This document shows, in pieces, positions 33,505 through 45,342 of a stretch of 64,000 nucleotides of DNA (the first letter of the stretch is position 1; every line of letters begins with the position of its first letter). Source of the stretch: Piromyces finnis finn (taxonomy: Eukaryota; Fungi; Neocallimastigomycota); assembly GCA_002104945.1 (NCBI GenBank), contig MCFH01000032.1:248001-312000 (forward strand), given 5' to 3'. The notes below the pieces were generated by a model. That model saw nothing but the letters and a program-made list of their open reading frames with translations, ran no database searches and was not told the origin of the DNA. The position numbers and the translations under genes were made by a program.

Positions 33505-33527
33505 ATAAAGGACTTCCATTGAAGTCC
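33495..33527 (+). promoter_or_regulatory. -1 ribosomal frameshift signal
   Basis: A AAA AAC in the gag frame just before TAA, an 8-nt spacer, then hairpin GGACTTC-CATT-GAAGTCC. The -1 frame is open into pol. Confidence 0.8.
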
Positions 33528-36500
33528 CATCACCACTCGAATACAAAAATATTAAACTACACTTTTCCCACTATCAACAAAGATAATACATTACCTTCAA
33601 CATTTTTTACTTTTAATACATATGTATTATCCAATAATGGAGGTACAAATAATGTACATAATAAAATTGCATGTACATCACTATTAGATAGTGGATCTTA
33701 TTGTAATTTTATGTCGTACAAACTATTACGTACATTACAATTACATCCTCATAAAATTAATAATGTTATCACTGTACAAGGTATCAGTGGTACTTCAATT
33801 GAACTTGATGAATATATCAACCTAAACTTTCAGTTAAAACTATTTATCAACAATAAATTCCATTTCATCAATTTCAAAGAAAAATTTTTACTAGCGGATT
33901 ATATTCCGACAGATTTATTATTTGGAAATATATTCATGTCCAAATATGAAATTCATTATAATTATAATAAAAATTATTTATATTCAAATTTAAAATATGA
34001 TTTTAACAGAAAGAAATTCAATATGAAGCATGCTACTAAATTTTTAAAATTAGAACAATTCATTTCTTATAATAGAAATGACATAAATGTTACACCTACC
34101 ACTTCTACAGGTGTAAATAACACAAAAAATAAAAATAAAAATTATTCCACCAATTTTTATAATTTAAAAAATAAAATTCATAATTTTTATTTCAGATCTA
34201 AAACCTTTAGTAAGAAGAAAAATGGTCGATTCCACAAATTTAACCCTAAACGTTCCAAATTTTTTAGAAAAGTTATATTAAATAAAAATAATTATGATAG
34301 ATATAATTATAATTATTTAATTCATACTTTTTTGTCCGAAAAACCAGAAGAAGTAAGCAATTTAGAAGAACATACTATTGAAGATATTCCAAAACCCTAT
34401 CGAGATTTGGCAAAAGTTTTCAGCAAACAAGAAGCTGATAAACTACCACCACATAGAATTACAGATTGTAAAATAGTACTAGAAAAAGATGCTACTCTTC
34501 ATTATGGTCCCATCTATCCCTTATCAGAAGAAGAATCAAAAGTTTTAGAAGAGTATATCAAGGAAAATTTAGAAAAAGGTTTTATTAGACCATCCGAATC
34601 ACCTGCAGGATATCCAGTGGTATTTCAGAAAAAGAAAGATGGTACTCTTAGAGTTTGTATTGATTATAAAAAACTCAATTCTGTAACGATACGTAACTCC
34701 TACCCAATACTACTTATTACCGACATTATAGAACGTGTCAAAGGTGCAAAGTATTTCACCAAGCTCGACTTACGCTCTGCTTATAATTTAGTTAGAATAA
34801 GAAATGGTGATGAATATAAAACTGCTTTTCGCACAAAGTTTGGTCACTATGAATATTTAGTGATGCCATTTGGTTTACGTAACGCTCCTGCTACTTTTCA
34901 GGCATTTATAAATTCTGTTCTCAGACCTTTCTTGGAAAAATCTGTTATTCTCTATTTGGATGATATTCTTATATTTTCAAAAACCTTAGAAGAACACCAC
35001 CAACATGTACGTGAAGTTCTTTCTAAACTATTAGAAAATAATTTATATGCTAAACTTCCTAAATGTGAATTTGACAAACCACAAGTTGAATTCTTAGGGT
35101 ATGTTATTTCAGGTTCAGGAATTGCTACCGACCCAAAAAAGATAGAGTCAATCAAAAATTGGCCTATTCCTACTACAGTTAAGGATGTACAAAGATTTTT
35201 AGGTCTTTGTAACTACTATAGACGCTTTGTAATGAATTTTGCAGACTTGGCTAAACTCCTCCACAACCTAACAAAAAAGAATGCAAAGTTCAAATGGTCC
35301 ACAGAATGTGAATCCTCATTTAACATTTTAAAAACGCGTTTAACTTCAGCACCTATTTTATCACATCCTGATCCTCAAAAACAATATATTTTAGAATGTG
35401 ATGCAAGTAATGTTGCTATCGGTTCTATACTTTCTCAATATGATTCAGAAAATCGTCTACATCCTGTTGCTTACTACTCCAGAAGTCTAAGTAGTTCTGA
35501 AGTTAATTATTCTATAACAGATAAAGAACTATTAGCCATTAAGGATTCTTTCTCTACTTGGAGGCACCTTCTTCTTGGTGCTAAATATAAAATAAAAGTT
35601 TACACTGATCATAGAAATTTACTTTATACTCTTGGAGGAAAGGTAGGTAATCAAAGACAACATCGTTGGCACCTTTTCTTTCAAGAATACGACTTTGAAC
35701 TTATATACAGACAAGGTCGTAAGAATGGTAAACCTGATAGTCTATCTCGCAGACCTGACTACATGGATAGGACTTATGAAGAAAAGCCAGAATATATTTT
35801 AGACTCAAAAAATGTAAAACTAATACCAAGTTTCATTGGTATTATGAGTAACTTCTTGGAACAAGTTATTCAATACTTAAAGGACGACGAAACTGCTAAG
35901 GATATTATGCTATATTTAAGCCCACATAATGACCAAAAGGCTTATAGACCATTTAGGAAAATGAACAAGTTTGAATTAAAAAATAATCTTATTTTATATA
36001 ATAACTTAGTTTATATCCCTGAGAAACTACGTTTAGATGTTCTTATGAAATATCATGAACAACCCTCTGCTGGACATCTTGGTATAAAAAGGACTTTAGA
36101 ATTGATAACTCGAAATTTTTGGTGGCCTAAAATTAAGGATGATGTCACTAAATTTATTAATTCTTGTGAAACATGCACAAGAAATAAAGTAACTAGACAT
36201 CGGAAATATGGAAAATTACAACCTTTAGATACTCCAGAACGTCCATGGAAATCTATAGAAATTGACTTTCTTTGTGGCCTTCCTGAGTCTAAAGGGTACA
36301 CCGTAATTATGGTAGTGGTTGACCGCTTTTCTAAAATGATTCACTTAGTGCCGTTTAAACAAGTTCCAAACGCAGCACAAACTGCAAAAGCTTTTTTGAA
36401 CAATGTATATCGTTTACATGGTCTCCCTTATGACCTATATACTGATAGAGGCTCACAATTTACAAGTGATTTTTGGCTCGAATTTTTGGATTTATTATAT

Positions 36501-37316
36501 ATTCATCCAAGAATAGCTACTACTGACCACCATGAAACTGTTGGACAGGTCGAGAGGTCAAATTCTTTTATTGAACAGTATCTTAGATGTTATTCCAAGT
36601 CTTTCTATCATGACGACTGGGTTGATTGGCTTCCACTTGCAGAATTCGCCTATAACAACGCTGTTAATGAATCAACCAAAGAAACACCATTCTTCATTAA
36701 TTATGGTTTCCACCCTCCGATGGATGAAATGACCCTATTACCACAATGTAATATTAATCATAAACTAGTTCAAAACGTTAATGATGCATTCAACCACATA
36801 AAAGAAGTGTTACTACGCTCCAAAGAGTTGTATAAAAGAAGAGTGGATAAAAGTCGTTTAGAAGCTCCAAAATTTAAAATTGATGATTTAGTTTGGATTC
36901 AAGCCCCACCTTCTCTAAATATTGAAAATAGTTCCAAATTAGCTCCTTGTAAATATGGTCCATATAAAATAACTCAAGTTTTGAGAAATAACAATTATGA
37001 AATCGATATCAAAAAATCACCTTTTCCCAAACACTATCCAATATTTCATGTATCTGAGTTGGAACCTTATAGATCAACTCCAAAAGAATTTTTAAATAGA
37101 ACTGCGGATCCAGAATCAATAAAAGATATAGTGGAAATATCTGGATTCCGTACAAATTATAAACAACAACGATATGAATATAAAATTCGATACAAATACC
37201 GTTCCGCTTATAATTGGGTACCAGCAAGTGAAGTAGAAGACAATCCACGTAATCAATACATTTATCAAAAATATTTAAAAAGTGGACGACATTATGCTTC
37301 TATAGCATATAATTAA
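33519..37316 (+). CDS. Gypsy pol: PR-RT-RNase H-IN-chromodomain
   Basis: LLDSGS, LRVCIDYKKLN, YLDDILIFS, LECDASNVA, IEIDF, TDRGSQF and ETVGQVER, with C-terminal YEYKIRYK...NWVPASEV. Probably entered by frameshift rather than at the annotated start. Confidence 0.94.
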   Translation: MKSHHHSNTKILNYTFPTINKDNTLPSTFFTFNTYVLSNNGGTNNVHNKIACTSLLDSGSYCNFMSYKLLRTLQLHPHKINNVITVQGISGTSIELDEYINLNFQLKLFINNKFHFINFKEKFLLADYIPTDLLFGNIFMSKYEIHYNYNKNYLYSNLKYDFNRKKFNMKHATKFLKLEQFISYNRNDINVTPTTSTGVNNTKNKNKNYSTNFYNLKNKIHNFYFRSKTFSKKKNGRFHKFNPKRSKFFRKVILNKNNYDRYNYNYLIHTFLSEKPEEVSNLEEHTIEDIPKPYRDLAKVFSKQEADKLPPHRITDCKIVLEKDATLHYGPIYPLSEEESKVLEEYIKENLEKGFIRPSESPAGYPVVFQKKKDGTLRVCIDYKKLNSVTIRNSYPILLITDIIERVKGAKYFTKLDLRSAYNLVRIRNGDEYKTAFRTKFGHYEYLVMPFGLRNAPATFQAFINSVLRPFLEKSVILYLDDILIFSKTLEEHHQHVREVLSKLLENNLYAKLPKCEFDKPQVEFLGYVISGSGIATDPKKIESIKNWPIPTTVKDVQRFLGLCNYYRRFVMNFADLAKLLHNLTKKNAKFKWSTECESSFNILKTRLTSAPILSHPDPQKQYILECDASNVAIGSILSQYDSENRLHPVAYYSRSLSSSEVNYSITDKELLAIKDSFSTWRHLLLGAKYKIKVYTDHRNLLYTLGGKVGNQRQHRWHLFFQEYDFELIYRQGRKNGKPDSLSRRPDYMDRTYEEKPEYILDSKNVKLIPSFIGIMSNFLEQVIQYLKDDETAKDIMLYLSPHNDQKAYRPFRKMNKFELKNNLILYNNLVYIPEKLRLDVLMKYHEQPSAGHLGIKRTLELITRNFWWPKIKDDVTKFINSCETCTRNKVTRHRKYGKLQPLDTPERPWKSIEIDFLCGLPESKGYTVIMVVVDRFSKMIHLVPFKQVPNAAQTAKAFLNNVYRLHGLPYDLYTDRGSQFTSDFWLEFLDLLYIHPRIATTDHHETVGQVERSNSFIEQYLRCYSKSFYHDDWVDWLPLAEFAYNNAVNESTKETPFFINYGFHPPMDEMTLLPQCNINHKLVQNVNDAFNHIKEVLLRSKELYKRRVDKSRLEAPKFKIDDLVWIQAPPSLNIENSSKLAPCKYGPYKITQVLRNNNYEIDIKKSPFPKHYPIFHVSELEPYRSTPKEFLNRTADPESIKDIVEISGFRTNYKQQRYEYKIRYKYRSAYNWVPASEVEDNPRNQYIYQKYLKSGRHYASIAYN

Positions 37317-39578
37317 TTAAAATAATATTAATAAGTCAATAATTCTCTAAAAATAACTTTTACACTATTTACAAAATATTTTTATAACAACTAAATTTCG
37401 AAATTTAACTCATCACAAAATTTTGAAATTTCAACATTTCAAAATTTTTACACCAAATATTTTTCAATTATCATATTAATACTTTATTATTTTTTTATTT
37501 TTATTTTCATATTCAAAATCTGCAGTATCAATTTTATTATTAAAATTTTATCTACAAGAAAATTTTTCAAAAAGTGAAATTTCAAAAATCTCACAATGGC
37601 CAAGTGACCTTTTGAAATTATTACTTCCTCTCGAAAAAATTTTTTTAAAATCAAAAATTTTTACTTTTCGCTCCAGTTCATAGAATTCGTCTGGAATACG
37701 AATTCCTAGGGAGGGCGTTGTGAAGATATTAACTGGATTTAAAACAAATTCAGATAATATCTATAATTAATTAAACATAATAATTATAATTAAATAATTT
37801 CAATAATTATTTTAAAACACTTTTAAAAGTCACCTTTTAAATTTTGATTCAGTGAAAGGGTTATGATTTCAAAAATTTAATATCAATACACTATAACCCT
37901 TAACCAAAAATAAGCAAGTACGAAATAAGGTGTAACTCGCCAAAAACGATCGCTACGGCTGTAAGTAGTAGGCTGTGAAACCAGGTTTATTGGAAAGCTT
38001 AGGAAGAAAGCTACAATTTGGTACAATCGCGGTCCTTCTAACTGATCATTTAAGGAAGTTATGATCATTTAAAGATTTTATTAGGTAAATTAAAATCAAT
38101 ATGATATCAAGTATGGATCATAAATATTTCTTATGACTTGATGAAATTAAAATTATATCAATAGGAATTTTAGTTATATTAATTTAATTAATGATAACGA
38201 TTGTTACTAAAAATAGAACTAGACCCATTTAGGTGTAACAGTTAACACCTATAAATTAAATAATCTTAATTATTATAAAATAGGTTAACGGCAAGTTTTA
38301 TTAGAAATAATTTTGAAAATAATAATTATTTAATTATAACAAATATGTTATGGTAATATCAATTAATAATGATGAATTATTAATTGAATAGTTTTTATAA
38401 TTACTAATTAGGATCAACTGTTTAAATGATTAATCATATGTTTATTTTATTTTATGTCATGACAAACAAACAAACAAACAATCTTATTACTTATTTAATT
38501 ATATTACTAATATATTACATGTAATACTTTATTCTTATTAATATCAATTTAATAATCTGAACAAAGAATATAAAAGAGAATGAATTGAATTCGATTTTAA
38601 TTCTTTGTAAAGATTATAGTTATAATCTTAATTATATAGTTACTTATAATATCATTTATATTATTATTATTAGATAAATAAAAAAGTTTATAAAAAGTTA
38701 TTTTAAAGTAAATATAAATTTTTCATTTTTCATTTGGGAGTTTAAGGTGTTATTTTATAATTAAATTTAATTTCTTAAAAAACATTTTTACTATATAATT
38801 AATAACATTCTGACCTGGCCGCATAACCAAACCCAAAAACTTAACATTCAATTTAATAATAATTAGTATTATTAAACTGAGAAGTTAAAATAAAATTTTA
38901 TACTTATCTTAATAAGAGTTTATTTTAAGGAAGTATAATAAACAACACAAAACTTTTAATGTTAATTTAAAATATTTTATTAATATTGTTTTAATAAAGG
39001 TTATTTATTATAATAGTTCTTATAATAATAACTCTGGATTTTTAAGTGGTATTCCAGAGTTCTTTTATTTATAATTTTTTAATAATTTAAAGTTTAATAA
39101 AAAATTTCTAATCTTAACAAATAATCTTTTTAGGAAAAGACTAGAAGAAAAACCTAAAAAGATATTCGATTGATAACTAATATATCAATCATCGTAATAT
39201 TAAGTAAAACCGAATAAAATTCGGAAAAACCTTAATATCCGATTGTCCTAATATTTATTTATATCTTCTAGTTGTTTCTATAAGTTATTTCAAGATACGA
39301 TACATAAATATAAAATACAAACGTAAAATAAAATACATAATGTTTCTTATAAAATGTAATACAAAAATTATTAAATAATAGAATAAATGAATGTTTACTA
39401 TTATTTTAGATAAATTACTAAATTAAATAAATAATTAATTAATATAATAATTAAATAAATTTTACATTTAGTAAATGAATAATTAATATTAATATAAATA
39501 ACTGTTTATAGTAATTTAAATGAATGTATGCTAATAATTTAAATAATTAATTAATTTAATAATTAAAAAAATAATTAA

Positions 39579-40612
39579 TGTAAAAGTTTTACTAAACTTA
39601 TAATTTAATATTAAAATATCAAATTAAATAAAAGGTTAAGAGATAACTAGGTTAGAAAAAAAAATGTTTTATTAAAATAATCTTAATTGATTTATAAATG
39701 AATAATTAAATTATGTATTATAGTTAAAATAATTCCTTTTTATTTTATTTAAAGAATATATATAATAATAAGATTATTTAATAGTAATACTTATTAAGTA
39801 TTAATAAGATAATAATCTTTACAAAGATTTAATTCATAAAACTATTCTAAACTATTTATACTATTTGTAATTTTACATTTAATAATAAAATAACTTTTCA
39901 ATACATGATTATATTCATAATATATTTTATAATACTTAAACTAAACTTAAGACTTATTCCTAATTATTAAAAAATAACTATTGTTTATAATATTCATAAT
40001 ATTAATTATTTCTTAATTATAATATAATTCATTGAATATAATATTAATAATTATAATCCTCTAGTTCAAAGATTATAAATTATGTTATTGAAATAATTAT
40101 TATAAAATAAAGTTAATTAGTTCCGGAAAATAATTTTAATTTAATTAAACAATAATTTTTTATACTTTGAGTGAATGATTTATGTTTGATATATCAGGGG
40201 TGATCATTCTCTGAATAAACAATTAATCATTGCTAACAAAATATCTTTAGATTGGAATATCTCGTGAACCAGCAGAGATATTGACCTGATTTTAAGATAT
40301 GTTGTTTGTCTCGAGCGTGGCTTTCTAACGAACTTAATTATAACCAAAATATTTTTATTCAAAAATCGTCATTCGTTGAGGAGATACGCGTGTTTTTTCT
40401 TATTCCATTTTAACGATAAGGGTTAAAGTTATTTATTATAAAAATTATTAAGGGTTAAGGTCATATTTTAACCTTTTCTAAATTTTTAAATATTTCTTAA
40501 TAAAATTTTATAATTTATTTGAAAATAAAATATTTGTTGATTTTGAATTTTCATAAGTGATTTCACAATTCCAAGTGATCTTGAAATTGTAATTTCACTA
40601 GTATTCGTGACA
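39579..40612 (+). mobile_element. Solo LTR, family L4
   Basis: TG...CA with exact TSD ATTAA at 39574-39578 and 40613-40617. An empty site lies at ~30744-30748. Orientation is arbitrary. Confidence 0.85.
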
Positions 40613-40680
40613 ATTAAATAAGAATTAATAATTATTCAATAAATAATTATTAATTTTTACACAACAAAAACAATAAGAAT

Positions 40681-40752
40681 GGGGTGTTAGCTCAGCGGTA
40701 GAGCAATTGACTGCAGATCAATAGGTCTTCGGTTCAAATCCGGAACGCCCCT
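40681..40752 (+). tRNA. tRNA-Cys(GCA)
   Basis: Identical to 2513-2584, with different flanks. Confidence 0.96.
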
Positions 40753-40784
40753 ATTTTTTAATTATAAATTTTTATCTATAATAT

Positions 40785-41100
40785 AAGCAAGAATGTTTAT
40801 TAGAAGTACATTAGCACCAAAATTAGCTGAAGATGTTCATAGTAGAACACTCACTGGTTATTAAATATGGAAAACATTAGAAAGTGTATATATAGGAAAC
40901 CAATCTAGTAAGAAAACTGATCTTATTAAAGAAGTAAACAAGATGAAATACAGCCCACAAGATAATATAACTAGTTTCGTAAACAAATTAAATTTAAAAT
41001 TTGAAACACTAGAATCCATGGGAGTCCATATAGATGAAGAAGAAAAGGCAGCCGTGTTATACAGAGGTATGCCTAAACAATACCAAAGGATAAATATATT
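40785..41100 (+). pseudogene. Isolated internal fragment of a Copia-1-family gag
   Basis: Diverged reverse complement of ~7543-7858 (KLNLKFETLESMGVHIDEEEKAAVLYR), with CAA changed to a TAA stop. Confidence 0.85.
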
Positions 41101-42325
41101 TTTATTAAACTATTTAAATTCAATTTATTTAATAAAGGATTTTCTAAACTTAAATAAAGTTTTGATTTATTTACTATATGGTTTGATTATATTTTAAAAT
41201 ATATTTAATTTATTTATTATTGATTTTAAGGCTTAGTTTATAAAAAAATTTTTTATTATATAAAATATTTATTGGTTAAAAATTATTTAATTTAAAAATT
41301 TTATTTTATCATCTAAAACTTAATCTTATCATAAAAATTAAATTTTACATAAATTTATATTAATGTATTGTAAAAATTTACAGTACATTAATTTAATACA
41401 TTATGCATTATTTTAAATAAATATTAAATACATTATTCAGTTAATACAATATTTTACATTAATATTACTTCAATTCTATAATTAAATATAGAAAGTGATA
41501 TTGTTTGTATCTAAAATTTAATAAATAAAAAATAAATAAAATAAATGATTTTTATACTTGTTCATTTACAAATCTTTGTTAGTTTAAAATATAAAATTAT
41601 TTTATTTAATTATAAAGTTTTAATATTTAATAACTCTTATATTATTAAATATATATATTATTATTATTTAATACATCTCGTATGTATATAATTATAATTA
41701 CAAATATTATTTTTTATAAATTATATGTCAAATTTTATAATGTTTAATTTAATAATTAGCTAATATAAATTTATTATATGCTGCAAGTCCAATAGTTAAT
41801 ATATGATAAGAATAATGTTACATGTAAAATATATTAAAATTTTATTAAATATAACATTATTCGTATCATATATTAATATATAAAATGAATGATTCACATA
41901 TTATGAATAGAATTAATTTAAATTTTAAACTATCCAAAATCATTTAATTTTAAATAATGGATAGTTCGAAAATTTAAAAATTTAATAACATTGAAAAACA
42001 AAAATAAATTAAATGAATGAAAATTAAAATTAAATAAAATTTCATTTTTATAACTATACTAATTGAACTCTGATATCTTATTTGAACCGTAGCATAATTA
42101 ATGGTGAAAATATCAGAGATAATAATATATTGATATTACACTACATTTTTATAGTTATAGTTATTTTTGTATTATTATTTAATTAAAATAGTTAATATTT
42201 TAAAGAAGTATTGAATTAGAATTACAAAAGTTGTATACTTCAAAGCACAATTAAAATAGTTAATGGAGAATAAAATTAATATTGTTAATTGGTGCATGTA
42301 AGAAAGTATTTTAGTAGTATATTGC

Positions 42326-42920
42326 TGTAAAATAATAATGTTAAAAACAGATTATTATTTTTACAATAAAACACAAAAAATATAAAAAATTAAACACTAA
42401 AATTAATAAATAAAATTTTCAATTTATATTTCTCTTTAAAAAAGCTATTAACTATATGATAGTCAATAACAACTACGTTTATTTAAAATTTGAAAAAAAT
42501 ACATGTATTTATACTAAAACTAATTAATTACACTTTTGATTCAATTTGAGTAATCTGTAAATTGAATACAGTCCATGTATTATCTATATATTATTTTAAT
42601 ATTAATAATACCATTTATAATATAATTATTATTAAAAATGCTAATTTAAAACCACACTAAAGTTAATAAACTAGTTTTAATTAAATAAAAACTTTTTTAA
42701 GCTTTAATTTGAATATTTAAATATTTAAATTTTAATTATCCATTAATTTAAATCTTTATCCAAATTACATTTTAACTTTAATATTTTAAAATTATTTACT
42801 ATTTAATTATTCCATAAAATTTTATTTAATAAATATTTTTCCATTAAAATATCAATATTATTATTTAACAATTACTAATTAATTATTAAATAATTTAAAG
42901 ATATATTTTATATCTTTACA
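42326..42920 (-). mobile_element. Solo LTR, G1b subfamily (shorter than other copies)
   Basis: TGTAAAGATATA start at 42920. Exact TSD ATTGC at 42321-42325 and 42921-42925. Confidence 0.88.
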
Positions 42921-43080
42921 ATTGCTTAACAAGAGATAAATATTAGTATTTTTAATTAATAAATACTCGTTTATATTACTTCATTTGTTATTTAATTATT
43001 TTTTAAGAGAACAATTTTTAAATATTTAACCTTTGTTTTATAAAACTTATTTCTTTTTATTGATATAATAAATAAAAAAA

Positions 43081-43910
43081 ATGAATAAATCTACTGGTGT
43101 GAGTAAATCTATTGACTTTGTTAAATTAATGAAGGAATTAAAGCATGTCACTATACTAACTGAAGAAAATTTGGACGTCATGACTTGTTATAATCAGTTG
43201 AAGTACTGGACTATGCTTCAAGACATTAAAAGCCCAAAAATTGTGTTCTTAGCTTGCTTATTTACTACTACGGGAAAACTAAATGAACCTATCCAAGAGT
43301 TAAATCCAAATAAGGATTCAGAAAGTAAAATAGTGAAGATAGTGATGAAGAGGAAGAAGAAAAGGGAAATAAGAAACCTTTACCCTTTCTTTAAGAAAAT
43401 AGTCACTATGCTAGAAGAATTCTATGGCATAAATGAAGATCAAATAGAACTTTTTAAAGAGCTGAAGGATATGAGAATCAAAGAGAATGAAAGAACAAAA
43501 GACTTCATAAGATATCGCACCTTGTATGTTAAACTAGACAAGAAGCGTAGAAGAAAAATAAATGTGGAAGATTATTTAAATTCTATTGAACTAAATTATA
43601 AAAGTCTGGGAAAATGTATGTGGGGAAAAAGAAGTGACTTTATCAGAAGCGTACAAACTTGAAGAAGATGGTGATAGCTGAAATTTAAGAAGCCGTCATA
43701 AGGCTAGTAACTATGATTTGTCTACCTTTTCTCACATTGATAGGAAAAACAAAGCTAAGAATAAAAGAAGAGAAGATAACTATGAACAGAATTATAGTAA
43801 TGATAAGGAAGACCCTATGAATGAGCTGAGAAAATGAGAAATTTGACTATTAAAACTTGCTACTTTTGCAACGAGAAGGGACACTATCAATATCATTGTC
43901 CTAAGTTGAA
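43081..43910 (+). pseudogene. Decayed retrotransposon gag
   Basis: 193-aa ORF followed, after stops and frameshifts, by zinc knuckle CYFCNEKGHYQYHC starting at 43858. Confidence 0.65.
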
Positions 43911-44971
43911 TGTCATAGTAGAAGAAAACAAACAAAAGACCATAAAAAGTCATTTAAATTAGATAGTGAGAAAAAGAAGCACTCACAGTAATCTAAAAAT
44001 AGTTTTACTTAATCACAATTCAGTTGATAATAATGAGTATTCTGATTTGTCAGAATACGAAGAATTATCTTCTATTGAATATTTTTGCTGCTGCTAAACG
44101 AAAAGTTAGTGATGAAAAAGATTTTTTCAAGAATATAAAAATCATTAAAAGAAGACCCATGACTAATAGTTACTCCTGCTATCAGGAAGCAACAAGAACG
44201 GGAACTAAGTAAGAAAAGCTTAGAAGCAGGTCCACCTTCACAACCTAAGAATTAACTCGATGCGTCTGTCCTAAGTCAATTTAATAATAACAAAGAAAAA
44301 GGGAAAAGTAAAATATTCAGAGAAAACAAAAGAATAAACCACCAACTACAATAAATAAAGAAGATGATGACGAAAATATGGAGGTCAGTGCTGATAAGGA
44401 AGATAAAATAGAAACAGAAAAATCTAAAAAAAAAAAGTATAGATATTCTACCCACTGTAAAGTTTTGTAAAACACCAGATTAAATAAAATTGCATTAACA
44501 CTTGATTTTAAAAATACACTTTTATTTTATAGTTTTTTATATTTATTTTTTATTTAGTTTTATACATATATATTTATAATAATTAAGGTTTAAAATTAAT
44601 AAAAATCTCTTAAGAGATTTTCAAAAAGATTTTCATTAAAATAATTATTTAATATTGTGAAATTAAATTATCATAGTCATGGTGGATATTATTAAATAAC
44701 ATTAACCATGACTATAATAATTTAATTTAATTGTAGTAGTACATAGGGGACATATTAGGCTAGTAGTGAGATATTCGTGACCTTATTTAATACGTACAAG
44801 GTTTACGCAGATTTTAAATATAATCTGGTAGATATTGAAGCGCCTTTGAAAGATTCTTTCATATCGTTTAGTCTAGGAATAGAGTAACTGTTTCTAACTG
44901 TAATGGCATTTATGCGACACATAAACGAAGGCTTCTATCATATTTCTTTACAAAAAGCTCATGAGCTCTAG

Positions 44972-45342
44972 TGTAATGTTGAAACTTAAAGAATAGATTA
45001 GGATATCTATTCTATTACAATAACACTAAATTGAAAATAAAAATAGAAATTTGTTTTATAAAAATGTCTTTTATTATAATAGAATTTTTAATAATAACAA
45101 TTACATCGATAAAATGATGAAAAATATCTTTCATTTATATTTTTCCTAAATACATATATTATAGTATAACTATTTATTTTCTATATATTATTATTTAAAA
45201 TCTACACTAAAATATTAATTATTAAAAAATAAACTATGTCCTATTTTCTTTTTCTGTAATATAATTCATGTAATTTAAACAATAATATTTATGGCTTAAG
45301 TTTCATTAAAGATATCAAGCTGTGGCGTTTGATATCTTTACA
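44972..45342 (-). mobile_element. Solo LTR, family L5 (371 bp)
   Basis: TG...CA with exact TSD TCTAG at 44967-44971 and 45343-45347. Removing it rejoins the RT frame (KSKLSAR-AHELFVKK). Confidence 0.82.

Larger units (their letters stand above)
31319..38846 (+). mobile_element. Ty3/gypsy chromovirus (Gypsy-2), intact ORFs
   Basis: 1128-bp LTRs at 31319-32446 and 37719-38846, TG...CA. PPT-like AGGGAGGGCGT. The flanks AACCA and TTCAA do not match as a TSD. Confidence 0.95.

Noticed and set aside
3571-37248. Many short ORFs overlapping the retrotransposon ORFs (for example 5239-5499, 24826-25107 and 33240-33431)
   Set aside because: They are shadow or antisense frames of pol and of low-complexity Asn tracts.
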